From a virus (taxonomy: Duplodnaviria; Caudoviricetes): DNA of 64,000 nt. Below, in pieces: positions 56,117 to 64,000 of this stretch. The position numbers were made by a program, and so were the translations under genes. The notes beneath the pieces are model-generated. The model made no database searches, was not told the DNA's origin, and worked only from the letters and a program-made list of their open reading frames with translations. Every line of letters begins with the position of its first letter. Position 1 is the stretch's first letter. The DNA is taken from positions 64,001 through 128,000 of the IMG/VR virus record IMGVR_UViG_3300031867_004305. One strand, given 5' to 3'.

Positions 56117-57691
56117 ATGGCAATTACAAGCATTTTCCCTTCTGGTAATAGCGGCAAAAAAATTAACGATGCTGTTATTACTTTGGTATCGAATAATTTT
56201 GTTTATGATGGTATAAAAAAGACACAACAAGTTTCTTCAGTTGTATTAAATGGGACTACATTGACACAAAATGTTGATTATGTGGTTGTTGGCAACAGAG
56301 CCACAAACGCAGGTACATATATGCTTTCTGTTCTTGGTGCGGGACACTATACAGGCACAGCATCTAGTAGTTGGAATATAGCAAAAGCACAAGGAAGTAT
56401 TGAAGTCGATACAAATAGTATGACTATACAGGGAGAAGGAACAGAAGAAACTGCGGAGTTTTCTGTGGTTGGAGACGGAACTGTGACGGTTAGTAGTAGT
56501 GATAGTAGCGTTGCGGTTGCGAGGATTGAAGAAAATAGAGTATATGTTGAGTGTGTGGGAAGTGGAGAAGCGAATATTACAGTTGTGTTGGGAGAAGGAA
56601 ATAATTATTTGGGAGCAAGTTGTGAGATTGCGGTGAGTTGTAGTACAGTACATATTTATGGGGTGAGTTGGGATAAATCCTCATCCACTGTGCTAACCCG
56701 CACGGATGATGCGGCATTGTTTACAGATCCGAATCCAGCTATCAACAACGGCACAGGTTCCAGTCCATTTGATAACATATTACCCTGGAGTGGTATGGTT
56801 AAAGAAACTATTGATGGTAATACGATGGTCAAGATACCCAAATTCTGGTACAAATGGACTGACGAGAACGGCGCATTAAAGTTACAGATTGCCGATGGGC
56901 CGCTGGATGGCTTCCACGTCTCTCCCGCCCATGCGGATCGCGGCGACGGCAAGGGCGAGCGGGATTACGTGTATGTGGGCCGCTACCATTGCGCCAGCGA
57001 CTACAAGTCCAAGACCGGCGCGTCCCCGAAGGTCAGCATCACCCGCGCCACCGCCCGCTCCGGTATTCAGGCGCTCGGCACCGGCTATTACATGTTCGAC
57101 TACGCCATGTGGTGGACCATCAACATGCTGTACCTGGTGGAGTTCGCCGACTGGGACTGCCAGAAGGCTATCGGCTACGGCTGCGGCGGCGGCACCGTCC
57201 GGAACACCGGCAACAGCGATGGCATGACCTACCACACCGGCACGCGGCAGAGCAGCCGCACCACCTACGGCGTGGGCGTGCAGTACCGCTGGATCGAGGA
57301 TTTGTGGGCCAATGTGTTTGACTGGATGGACGGCATCCGCTTCAACAACCGCGCGGTGTACGCCTACATCAAGCCCTCTGAGTACGGCAACTGCGAATCC
57401 AGCGGCGGCACTCAGGTGTTCTCCACAAGCGCCGATCTGAGCGGCTGCATCTCCGACTACAAGGTCCCCACCGTCTCCGGGCTGGAATGGGCGCTGTTCC
57501 CGAGCAAGGTCACTGGTTCGGACTACACCGTTTACGTTGCGGACTACTGCTACCTGAGCAGCGACAGCGTGGTCGCCTTCGTCGGCGGTTACTTCAACCA
57601 GTTCCGCTACTACGGCCTGTTCCACGTCGGCCGCAGCAGCGCGTCGGCCTCGGACGGCAGCATCGGCGCTCGACTCCAATACCTCCCCTGA
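56117..57691 (+). CDS. Receptor-binding tail fibre: Ig-like N-terminus + C-type-lectin-fold-like C-terminus (DGR-target-like)
   Basis: MVKIPKFW, YLVEFA.W..Q, YRWIEDLW.NV..W.DG, VGG...GLF...IGARL. Confidence 0.75.
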   Translation: MAITSIFPSGNSGKKINDAVITLVSNNFVYDGIKKTQQVSSVVLNGTTLTQNVDYVVVGNRATNAGTYMLSVLGAGHYTGTASSSWNIAKAQGSIEVDTNSMTIQGEGTEETAEFSVVGDGTVTVSSSDSSVAVARIEENRVYVECVGSGEANITVVLGEGNNYLGASCEIAVSCSTVHIYGVSWDKSSSTVLTRTDDAALFTDPNPAINNGTGSSPFDNILPWSGMVKETIDGNTMVKIPKFWYKWTDENGALKLQIADGPLDGFHVSPAHADRGDGKGERDYVYVGRYHCASDYKSKTGASPKVSITRATARSGIQALGTGYYMFDYAMWWTINMLYLVEFADWDCQKAIGYGCGGGTVRNTGNSDGMTYHTGTRQSSRTTYGVGVQYRWIEDLWANVFDWMDGIRFNNRAVYAYIKPSEYGNCESSGGTQVFSTSADLSGCISDYKVPTVSGLEWALFPSKVTGSDYTVYVADYCYLSSDSVVAFVGGYFNQFRYYGLFHVGRSSASASDGSIGARLQYLP

Positions 57692-57720
57692 CCCATCCCA
57701 CCCAACAAAAGGAGGACAAA

Positions 57721-59316
57721 ATGGCAATTATAAGCAATTTTCCCGCCGGTGGTGGCGGCAGTAAATCATTAAATAACGCCGTCATTACATTAGCTACTTC
57801 TAGCTTCGTGTATGACGGTACAGAAAAAAATCAACAAATACAAAGTGTTGTACTAAATGGCACAACATTACACGAAGGTGCGGATTACCTAGTTACTGGC
57901 AATTTGGCTACTGAAGCAGGTACGCATACTATTTCTGTGCTAGGTATTATGGATTATGGTGGCATAGCAACTGCGACTTGGAATATTGCTAAGGCACAGG
58001 GAAGTGTTAGTGTAGAGCCTAGTAGTTTGAAAGTGATTGGCAAAGGTAGCATTATAACAGCGACTATTAATACTGTTAGTAATGGTATTATTTCTGCTAG
58101 TAGTAGTGATGAAAATATAGTAACGGCGAGTGTTAGTGGGAATGTTTTAAGTGTGGTTTGTGTGGGAAATGGAGACGTGATTGTTACTGTCTCGCTTGGA
58201 GAGGAAAATAATTACCTTGGAGCAAGTTGTGAAGTAAATGTGACGTCGAGTTTGGTACATGTCTATGGAGTTAGTTGGGACAAGAGTGATACAACAATAC
58301 TTACTCGCACAGATGATGCGGCATTATTCATTGACCCCACGCCCGCCGTCGGCACCGGCAGCGGCAGTAGCCCGTTCGACGACATTCTACCTTGGTCTGG
58401 TATGGTGAAGGAGACCGTCGATGGTAACGTCATGGTGAAGATACCCAAGTTCTGGTACAAGTGGACGGACGAGAACGGAGTGCTAAAATTACAGATTGTC
58501 GACGGGCCATTGAACGGCTTCCATGTTAGTCCCGCCCATATGGATAGAGGTGACGGCAAGGGCGAACGCGACTACGTGTATGTGGGTCGCTACCACTGCA
58601 ACAGCGGCTACAAGTCCCAAACTGGTATGTCCCCAAGGGTTGGCGACACCCGAGCCTCCGCTCGCTCTGGTATCCAGGCGCTCGGCTCTGGCTACTATAT
58701 GTTCGACTTCGCCATGTGGTGGACAATTAACATGTTGTATCTGGTGGAGTTCGCCGACTGGGATTGCCAGAAGACCATCGGCAAAGGTTGCGGTAACAGC
58801 TACAACACCATCAGAAACACCGGTACCAGTGATGATGTGGCTTATCACACCGGCACACATCAGCCAAACCGCAATACCTACTATGAGGGCGTACAGTACC
58901 GCTGGATCGAAGATCTGTGGGCTGGTGTTTTTGATTGGATAGATGGCATCCGCTTCAGTGGTCGCAATGTCTACGCTTATATCAATCCCTCCGAGTATGG
59001 TAACTGCGAATCCAGCGGCGGTACACAGGTGTTCTCCACAAACGCTGATATGAGCAGCTGCATTTCCGACTACAACGTCCCCACCATCTCCGGGCTGGAA
59101 TGGGCTCTGTTCCCAAGCAAGGTAACTGGTGCTGTGAATTATACCTCTTACGTTGCGGATAGTTGCTCTCTGGACAGCAGCTCCGTGGTCGCCTATACTG
59201 GCGGTGGCTACTACTCCCAAGGCAGCAGCTACGGCTTGTTCCGTATCGGCAGCGGAGCCGCCAGCACGATAAACCCCAACGGCTACATCGGTGTCCGACT
59301 CCAATACCTTCCCTAA
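57721..59316 (+). CDS. Paralogous receptor-binding tail fibre
   Basis: Colinear similarity to 56117-57691; AAGGAGG RBS before 57721. Confidence 0.75.
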   Translation: MAIISNFPAGGGGSKSLNNAVITLATSSFVYDGTEKNQQIQSVVLNGTTLHEGADYLVTGNLATEAGTHTISVLGIMDYGGIATATWNIAKAQGSVSVEPSSLKVIGKGSIITATINTVSNGIISASSSDENIVTASVSGNVLSVVCVGNGDVIVTVSLGEENNYLGASCEVNVTSSLVHVYGVSWDKSDTTILTRTDDAALFIDPTPAVGTGSGSSPFDDILPWSGMVKETVDGNVMVKIPKFWYKWTDENGVLKLQIVDGPLNGFHVSPAHMDRGDGKGERDYVYVGRYHCNSGYKSQTGMSPRVGDTRASARSGIQALGSGYYMFDFAMWWTINMLYLVEFADWDCQKTIGKGCGNSYNTIRNTGTSDDVAYHTGTHQPNRNTYYEGVQYRWIEDLWAGVFDWIDGIRFSGRNVYAYINPSEYGNCESSGGTQVFSTNADMSSCISDYNVPTISGLEWALFPSKVTGAVNYTSYVADSCSLDSSSVVAYTGGGYYSQGSSYGLFRIGSGAASTINPNGYIGVRLQYLP

Positions 59317-59333
59317 CAAAGGAGGTCTAACCT

Positions 59334-59663
59334 ATGAATTACATATTCGGAAACAAGGGTGAAATTGAAGTGCTAAAAACCAAAGGCGACTCTCATACCA
59401 ACCTCACCGGCTATCACTCCATCGAACAAGTCTATCCCGACCAAACTATCACCGACAACTTCCACATTGTCCGCAAAATAGATAGCAAGGAAGACATCGA
59501 GGGTAACTGCTATGATTGGTATGAAATCGACCGCCATTATCGCACTCAAGATAAAGCCACCCCACTTATAGAAAAAATAAACGCAAACATAGACTACATA
59601 AGTATGATGGCAGACATAGAACTACCGGAGGTGGAACCAAATGGAACACAGCCCGAAGTTTAA
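59334..59663 (+). CDS. Tail-associated hypothetical protein
   Basis: AAGGAGG RBS; ANIDYISMMADIEL, typical of genes preceding XkdX. Confidence 0.7.
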   Translation: MNYIFGNKGEIEVLKTKGDSHTNLTGYHSIEQVYPDQTITDNFHIVRKIDSKEDIEGNCYDWYEIDRHYRTQDKATPLIEKINANIDYISMMADIELPEVEPNGTQPEV

Positions 59664-59769
59664 TAAAGTAAAAGACTACTATGATCGTGGCCTTTGGAAT
59701 GAAACTATGGTACGTAATGCCATCAATAAATGGATTACCGCAGAAGAAGCGGAAGAAATTTTAAAATAA
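59641..59769 (+). CDS. XkdX-family protein (42 aa, not in ORF track)
   Basis: GGAGGT RBS; KVKDYYDRGLWNETMVRNA..KWITAEE.EEI. Confidence 0.75.
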   Translation: MEHSPKFNKVKDYYDRGLWNETMVRNAINKWITAEEAEEILK

Positions 59770-59772
59770 TTA

Positions 59773-59807
59773 TACCGTGGGCCTTTTTGGCACCACGGTA
59801 TTTTTCT
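59773..59807 (+). terminator. Hairpin/terminator
   Basis: ATACCGTGG-GCC-T5-GGC-A-CCACGGTAT + T run. Confidence 0.6.
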
Positions 59808-59825
59808 ATATGGAGGCAAAGGAGA

Positions 59826-60251
59826 ATGGAATATATCACTACACGACGAATTAAGCACAAGCGTGGTGCCTGCGGGCAAGAACTCAACATCCCTCGTGGT
59901 ACCAAATTTGAATCTAAAAATGATATGATACTAGATAATTCTGGTCGTCTAATTTGCTTCACAACAAGCCAAATCGGCCACGAATACTTCGCACGCAATA
60001 ACGATAACATGGGTTTGCGGCGTGGTGCCTTAACCTACGCAATTGCTTTTAGTTCGCGTGCAAGAATGAATAATGAAAAAACACGCAGACAGCGTTTTAC
60101 AGATAAAGAAATCGAAACACTAGAAACCAAATGGTCTAAGTTCCTAGTTCCAGATATAGATGTAATTCTCTTCAACCACAACTTCTTTGAAGCAGAAATT
60201 ATGGAACTAGAACACATGGCCACTGAAATAAACATCAAAGTAAAGGAGTGA
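59826..60251 (+). CDS. Hypothetical protein
   Basis: AAAGGAG RBS; MEYITTRR...FARN.D..G..RG.LT. Confidence 0.7.
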   Translation: MEYITTRRIKHKRGACGQELNIPRGTKFESKNDMILDNSGRLICFTTSQIGHEYFARNNDNMGLRRGALTYAIAFSSRARMNNEKTRRQRFTDKEIETLETKWSKFLVPDIDVILFNHNFFEAEIMELEHMATEINIKVKE

Positions 60252-60257
60252 TACATT

Positions 60258-60578
60258 ATGTATGCCGTTATGCACGGAGACGAAATCCTTTCTATATGCG
60301 AAAAACCCACCTACATCAAAGTGAAGCCAAGTACTGGCATATATATCGAAGCCACTCCAGAAGAAGCCTACGGCATCGCTGTGGCGGGAAAAGTTTATAA
60401 TTTGGGTGATAGAGTAATACTGGAAGGAGCAGATAGCGTCTATGTATTAGAGGATAACACAGGAGAATGGATTTATAAGAACTACCAGTCTCTACTACAA
60501 ACAAAACAGGAACTAGAAGAAAAAAATCAAGAACTAGTTGATTGTATCCTCGAAATGAGTGAAACAGTTTATTCATAA
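60258..60578 (+). CDS. Hypothetical tail-associated protein
   Basis: AAGGAG RBS; ends CILEMSETVY. Confidence 0.7.
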   Translation: MYAVMHGDEILSICEKPTYIKVKPSTGIYIEATPEEAYGIAVAGKVYNLGDRVILEGADSVYVLEDNTGEWIYKNYQSLLQTKQELEEKNQELVDCILEMSETVYS

Positions 60579-60589
60579 GGGGTGATATT

Positions 60590-60817
60590 ATGGCTGTAAA
60601 GAAAGTAGTTTATGGCTCTAGAACCCTTATAGACCTAACTCAAGATAATGTTACTAGCGATAAAATGTTAAAGGGTACTTTCGCTCATGATGCTTCGGGT
60701 CAAATAATAGAAGGCTCCATTGAAATTGCTACTGACGCAGAAGTAAGTGCCTATTTTGCAAATATAATTGAAATTGCTGGTGATACAGAAGTGAATACCT
60801 ATTTTGGTATTGGGTAA
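60590..60817 (+). CDS. Tail-associated protein
   Basis: KVVYG..TLIDLT.D N-terminus. Confidence 0.65.
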   Translation: MAVKKVVYGSRTLIDLTQDNVTSDKMLKGTFAHDASGQIIEGSIEIATDAEVSAYFANIIEIAGDTEVNTYFGIG

Positions 60818-60831
60818 GGAGGGATAAAAGC

Positions 60832-62550
60832 ATGGCAACTGATAATAAACTTATGACAGCTAGTCAAATAAAGGCTGTTACTGATACTAAACTCAATGCT
60901 AATAAAGTATATGATGGATTAGATAAAACTGAGGCTGGTTATGTTTTAGATGCAAGACAAGGCAAGATACTAAAGGAAATGGCGGAAAATAGCGTATCAA
61001 ATGTCACCATAAATGGGGATTACCTACAAGTAGGCAGTACCAATTTGACCATTCCCTACGCGACAAAAGCACAGAAGGATGCTAGCGGTAACACCATCAC
61101 AGAAACCTACGCTCCCATAGCTTCTCCTAACCTAACTGGCACTCCTACCGCTCCAACCGCAAATGCAGGCACAAATAGCACCCAAATTGCTACTACCGCG
61201 TTCGTTGCTAATGCGATAAGTGGTATGGCAGCCGCAGCCGAAGTGATGGCATTCAAAGGTACGATTAGCTCTGCGGCAGGCTTACCCGCAACCCACAAAC
61301 AAGGTTGGACTTATAAAGTTACTACCGCCGGCCAGTACGTTGGAGTACAGTGTGAAATTGGGGATATGATTATATGTATTGCAGACGGTACAGCCGCGAG
61401 CGATAGCGACTGGACTGTGGTTCAGGCAAACATAGATGGAGCAGTTATTGGCCCCGCAAGTGCGGTTGACAGCCGTATCGCAGTATTTGATGGAGCAACA
61501 GGCAAAGTAATAAAGGACAGTGGCTTTACCATAGGGACTTCCGTTCCTGCCAACGCAGTTTTTACCGATACCAATACCGACACACATCGTCCCATTCAAG
61601 TAAATGGAACCCAAGTGCTTGGAGATAATACAACTCCCTTAAATCTTGCGGCGGGTAGTAATGTTGGACTTGTAGAGAGTGAAGGAACCGTTACTATAAG
61701 TGCCACTGACACAACCTACGAAAGTAAGGCAGCAGCCGCGAATGGAACTGAAGTTTCGTTGGTTACTACTGGCGAGAAAGCGATATGGAACGCCAAAACC
61801 TCCAATGAAGGTACTGTTACTTCTGTTGCGACAGGAGTAGGTTTAGCGGGCGGAAGTATTACTACTAATGGTACTATAAAAGCAAAACTAAAAAGTGAAA
61901 CTGCTTTGACAAACAATGCGGTCGCCGCGACTGAAACCGCAGGTAGAGTGTATCCAGTTGCAGTGGATAGTAGCGGAGATTTAGCGGTGAATGTGCCATG
62001 GACGGATACTGATACTGATACTACTTATACTGCAGGTACTGGTATTGATATAACAAATGAGGTTGTTACTAATACAGGAGTACGAAGTGTTGCTTCTGGT
62101 ACTACAAATGGCACTATAAGTGTAAATACAAATGGAACTGATGCAGAAGTAGCGGTTGCGGGATTGGGGAATAGTGCTTATGCTAGTATTGCTAATAATT
62201 TGACTACTACCGTTGCTGGTTCGGTACTGGATGCTAGTCAAGGTAAGGAATTGAAAGACAGCGTTGATTTGAAATGCCGTAGATATGTATTCAGTGCTAC
62301 TTTGCCCACTACTGGATGGACTGAAGGAACTGACTTATATAGTATTAGTGTGACTGTAAATGGTATTTTAGCTAGTGATGAAGGTGGCGGTATCGGCACA
62401 GTACAAAGTGGCGTAGAGGAAACTGACGCTGAAATTAGAAGTTCATGGGCTAATGTTACTAGGGTTATTACAGCAAATGATAGTATTACTGTCTATGCGT
62501 TGGATGTGCCTACGGTAGCGGTTCCATTGAAGATAGAGGTGTTTAGATAA
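60832..62550 (+). CDS. Tail fibre protein
   Basis: SP.LTGTPTAPT...GTN.TQIATTAFV; LDARQGK.L repeats. Confidence 0.75.
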   Translation: MATDNKLMTASQIKAVTDTKLNANKVYDGLDKTEAGYVLDARQGKILKEMAENSVSNVTINGDYLQVGSTNLTIPYATKAQKDASGNTITETYAPIASPNLTGTPTAPTANAGTNSTQIATTAFVANAISGMAAAAEVMAFKGTISSAAGLPATHKQGWTYKVTTAGQYVGVQCEIGDMIICIADGTAASDSDWTVVQANIDGAVIGPASAVDSRIAVFDGATGKVIKDSGFTIGTSVPANAVFTDTNTDTHRPIQVNGTQVLGDNTTPLNLAAGSNVGLVESEGTVTISATDTTYESKAAAANGTEVSLVTTGEKAIWNAKTSNEGTVTSVATGVGLAGGSITTNGTIKAKLKSETALTNNAVAATETAGRVYPVAVDSSGDLAVNVPWTDTDTDTTYTAGTGIDITNEVVTNTGVRSVASGTTNGTISVNTNGTDAEVAVAGLGNSAYASIANNLTTTVAGSVLDASQGKELKDSVDLKCRRYVFSATLPTTGWTEGTDLYSISVTVNGILASDEGGGIGTVQSGVEETDAEIRSSWANVTRVITANDSITVYALDVPTVAVPLKIEVFR

Positions 62551-63956
62551 TGAGTGAGTTATTTATTACAGATCAATCAGGTGGCAAAAGTAATATTATT
62601 TCTCTTCAAGAAGCAACGATCACATTAGCAAATAATGAAAACTATGTTTATGATGGAACTGAAAAAACTAGAAGTATTGCTAGTATAGTTATCGACGGGC
62701 AGACGCTAGTTGAAGGAAGAGATTATATTGTAGTAGGAAATAAGGGTACTAATGCGGGAACTTATATTATAAGTGCTTTTGGTATTATGAATTATAATGA
62801 TGTAATCTCTGCTGAATGGACTATCGCAAAAGCACAAAGTTCTATTACTGCCACTCCTTCTGCTATGGAAATCCGTAGTATTGGTAACTCCGATACTTCA
62901 ACTATTACATATATTGGCGATGGTGAATTAAGTGTAAGTAGCAGTAACGAAGGTATTGCTACCGCTTCACTTGATGAAAATATAGTAACTGTTGAAGATG
63001 TTGGAGCAGGTAGTGCTACTATTACTATTACTATTTCAGAAGGCAGAAATTATTTAGGTACTACGGCTACTATTGATGTTACAACATTAGCGGTTTCTAA
63101 TATTTTAGAAGAAAATACCTGGGATAGTATTTCAAGAGTATCTAAAGCAGGTGAAGGAGCATTATATTGGAATGTAGGTGATTCCAAGGCTATTATTGTA
63201 AATGGAAAAATCGGTGATTATCTCACACTGAATAATCAAACTATGTATGTATTTATTCTAGGCTTCAATCACATAGATGGTGGCGTAGAAGATAATAATA
63301 TCATGTGGGGATGTTTTAAAAACGGTTCAAAAAATATAGGGTTACGTAGTGAAGGATATGGTAACTCTTATACTGATAGAGTAGATATGAATATGAATCA
63401 TTGGGGAAATTATAATTATGGAGGATGGAAAGGATGTGATTTACGCTATGACATTTTAGGTGCTACAGAAAAACGTCCTACTGACTATGGCACTCAAGTA
63501 TCACAATATTCTCGCCTCGGTTATAATGCTACGAATATTGTTTTTACTAATCCTAAAGCTAATACGCTTATGGCTGCTCTTCCTAATGATTTACGCAGTA
63601 TTATGCGATTACGCACCCATTATTGTGATAATCATGGAAGCGGTAATGATGGTTCATATTTTATAACTTCTGTTATAGACGGTATATCATTAATGATGGA
63701 ATTTGAAGTATTTGGAAGTCGTACTTCTGCTAATTCTTATGAAAAAGATAAGCAAACACAATTTACTTATTTTAAAAATGGTAATTCTAAAATTTGTTAT
63801 AGACATGATAATACTGGTAATACTATTACTTGTTGTCTTGGTTCTTCATATTCTGGTTATTCTGATAGATTTATAAGTATGGGAGATAGTTCTACATCTC
63901 CAAGTAATGGATATGCTAATATTGTGAGGGGAATCTTTTCAGTTTTTAAAACCTAA
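62550..63956 (+). CDS. Receptor-binding fibre: shared Ig-like N-terminus + DUF6273-like C-terminus
   Basis: N-terminus matches 56117/57721; TW..I..VS..G...W.VGD.K, ILGFNH, GGW..C.LR, EFEVFG, YF..GNS. Confidence 0.7.
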   Translation: MSELFITDQSGGKSNIISLQEATITLANNENYVYDGTEKTRSIASIVIDGQTLVEGRDYIVVGNKGTNAGTYIISAFGIMNYNDVISAEWTIAKAQSSITATPSAMEIRSIGNSDTSTITYIGDGELSVSSSNEGIATASLDENIVTVEDVGAGSATITITISEGRNYLGTTATIDVTTLAVSNILEENTWDSISRVSKAGEGALYWNVGDSKAIIVNGKIGDYLTLNNQTMYVFILGFNHIDGGVEDNNIMWGCFKNGSKNIGLRSEGYGNSYTDRVDMNMNHWGNYNYGGWKGCDLRYDILGATEKRPTDYGTQVSQYSRLGYNATNIVFTNPKANTLMAALPNDLRSIMRLRTHYCDNHGSGNDGSYFITSVIDGISLMMEFEVFGSRTSANSYEKDKQTQFTYFKNGNSKICYRHDNTGNTITCCLGSSYSGYSDRFISMGDSSTSPSNGYANIVRGIFSVFKT

Positions 63957-64000
63957 TTTATAATTATTTCTATAAATAAAATATAGAGTAAAAGGAGGAA

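Noticed and set aside
56882-59319. Long minus-strand ORFs 56882-57727 and 58489-59319, and the 57487 start for the second fibre
   Set aside because: Shadow ORFs caused by NNC codon bias; the RBS-supported start is 57721.
56117-60251. Complete DGR locus
   Set aside because: No reverse transcriptase, Avd or template repeat found in the window.
1-64000. Alternative genetic code (stop-codon reassignment)
   Set aside because: Long genes are open in the standard code, and TAA, TGA and TAG all end genes immediately before the next RBS or hairpin.

Overview
This window looks like part of a large lytic dsDNA phage of a Firmicutes (probably Clostridia) host. Evidence: sigma-A promoters with extended -10, AGGAGG ribosome binding sites, standard genetic code, no housekeeping genes. 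It has four parts. (1) ~38-14,570: a highly ordered array of ~35-40 self-contained expression cassettes (promoter, RBS, micro-gene or small RNA, hairpin centred on the stop codon). The cassettes are separated by ~30 copies of a composite near-palindromic spacer: GTTAA-N6-GTTAA, a GC core such as CGGGCCGGCCCG, then TTAAC-N6-TTAAC. Some cassettes are inverted, some slots are empty, and the array has mirror-image ends. Inside it, a module of two promoter-driven small RNAs plus a winged-helix gene occurs three times. One of these RNAs is a 119-nt CCA-ending tRNA-like RNA with a G3:U70 alanine-type acceptor and no anticodon loop. (2) ~14,600-17,560: repeats, an AT-rich tract, an SF2 helicase and palindromes, consistent with an origin-like region. 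(3) ~17,600-32,000: early/middle accessory genes (RNA ligase, PNK-HD, nucleotidyltransferase, deaminase, ECF S component, kinase-like proteins, two HTH + endonuclease pairs). (4) ~32,100-64,000: virion tail/adhesin and lysis genes, including a 2314-aa CotH-like/LRR protein, two peptidoglycan hydrolases and two paralogous fibres whose C-termini resemble DGR variable regions, with no reverse transcriptase or template repeat in the window. All functional calls come from motif recognition by eye; no searches were run.
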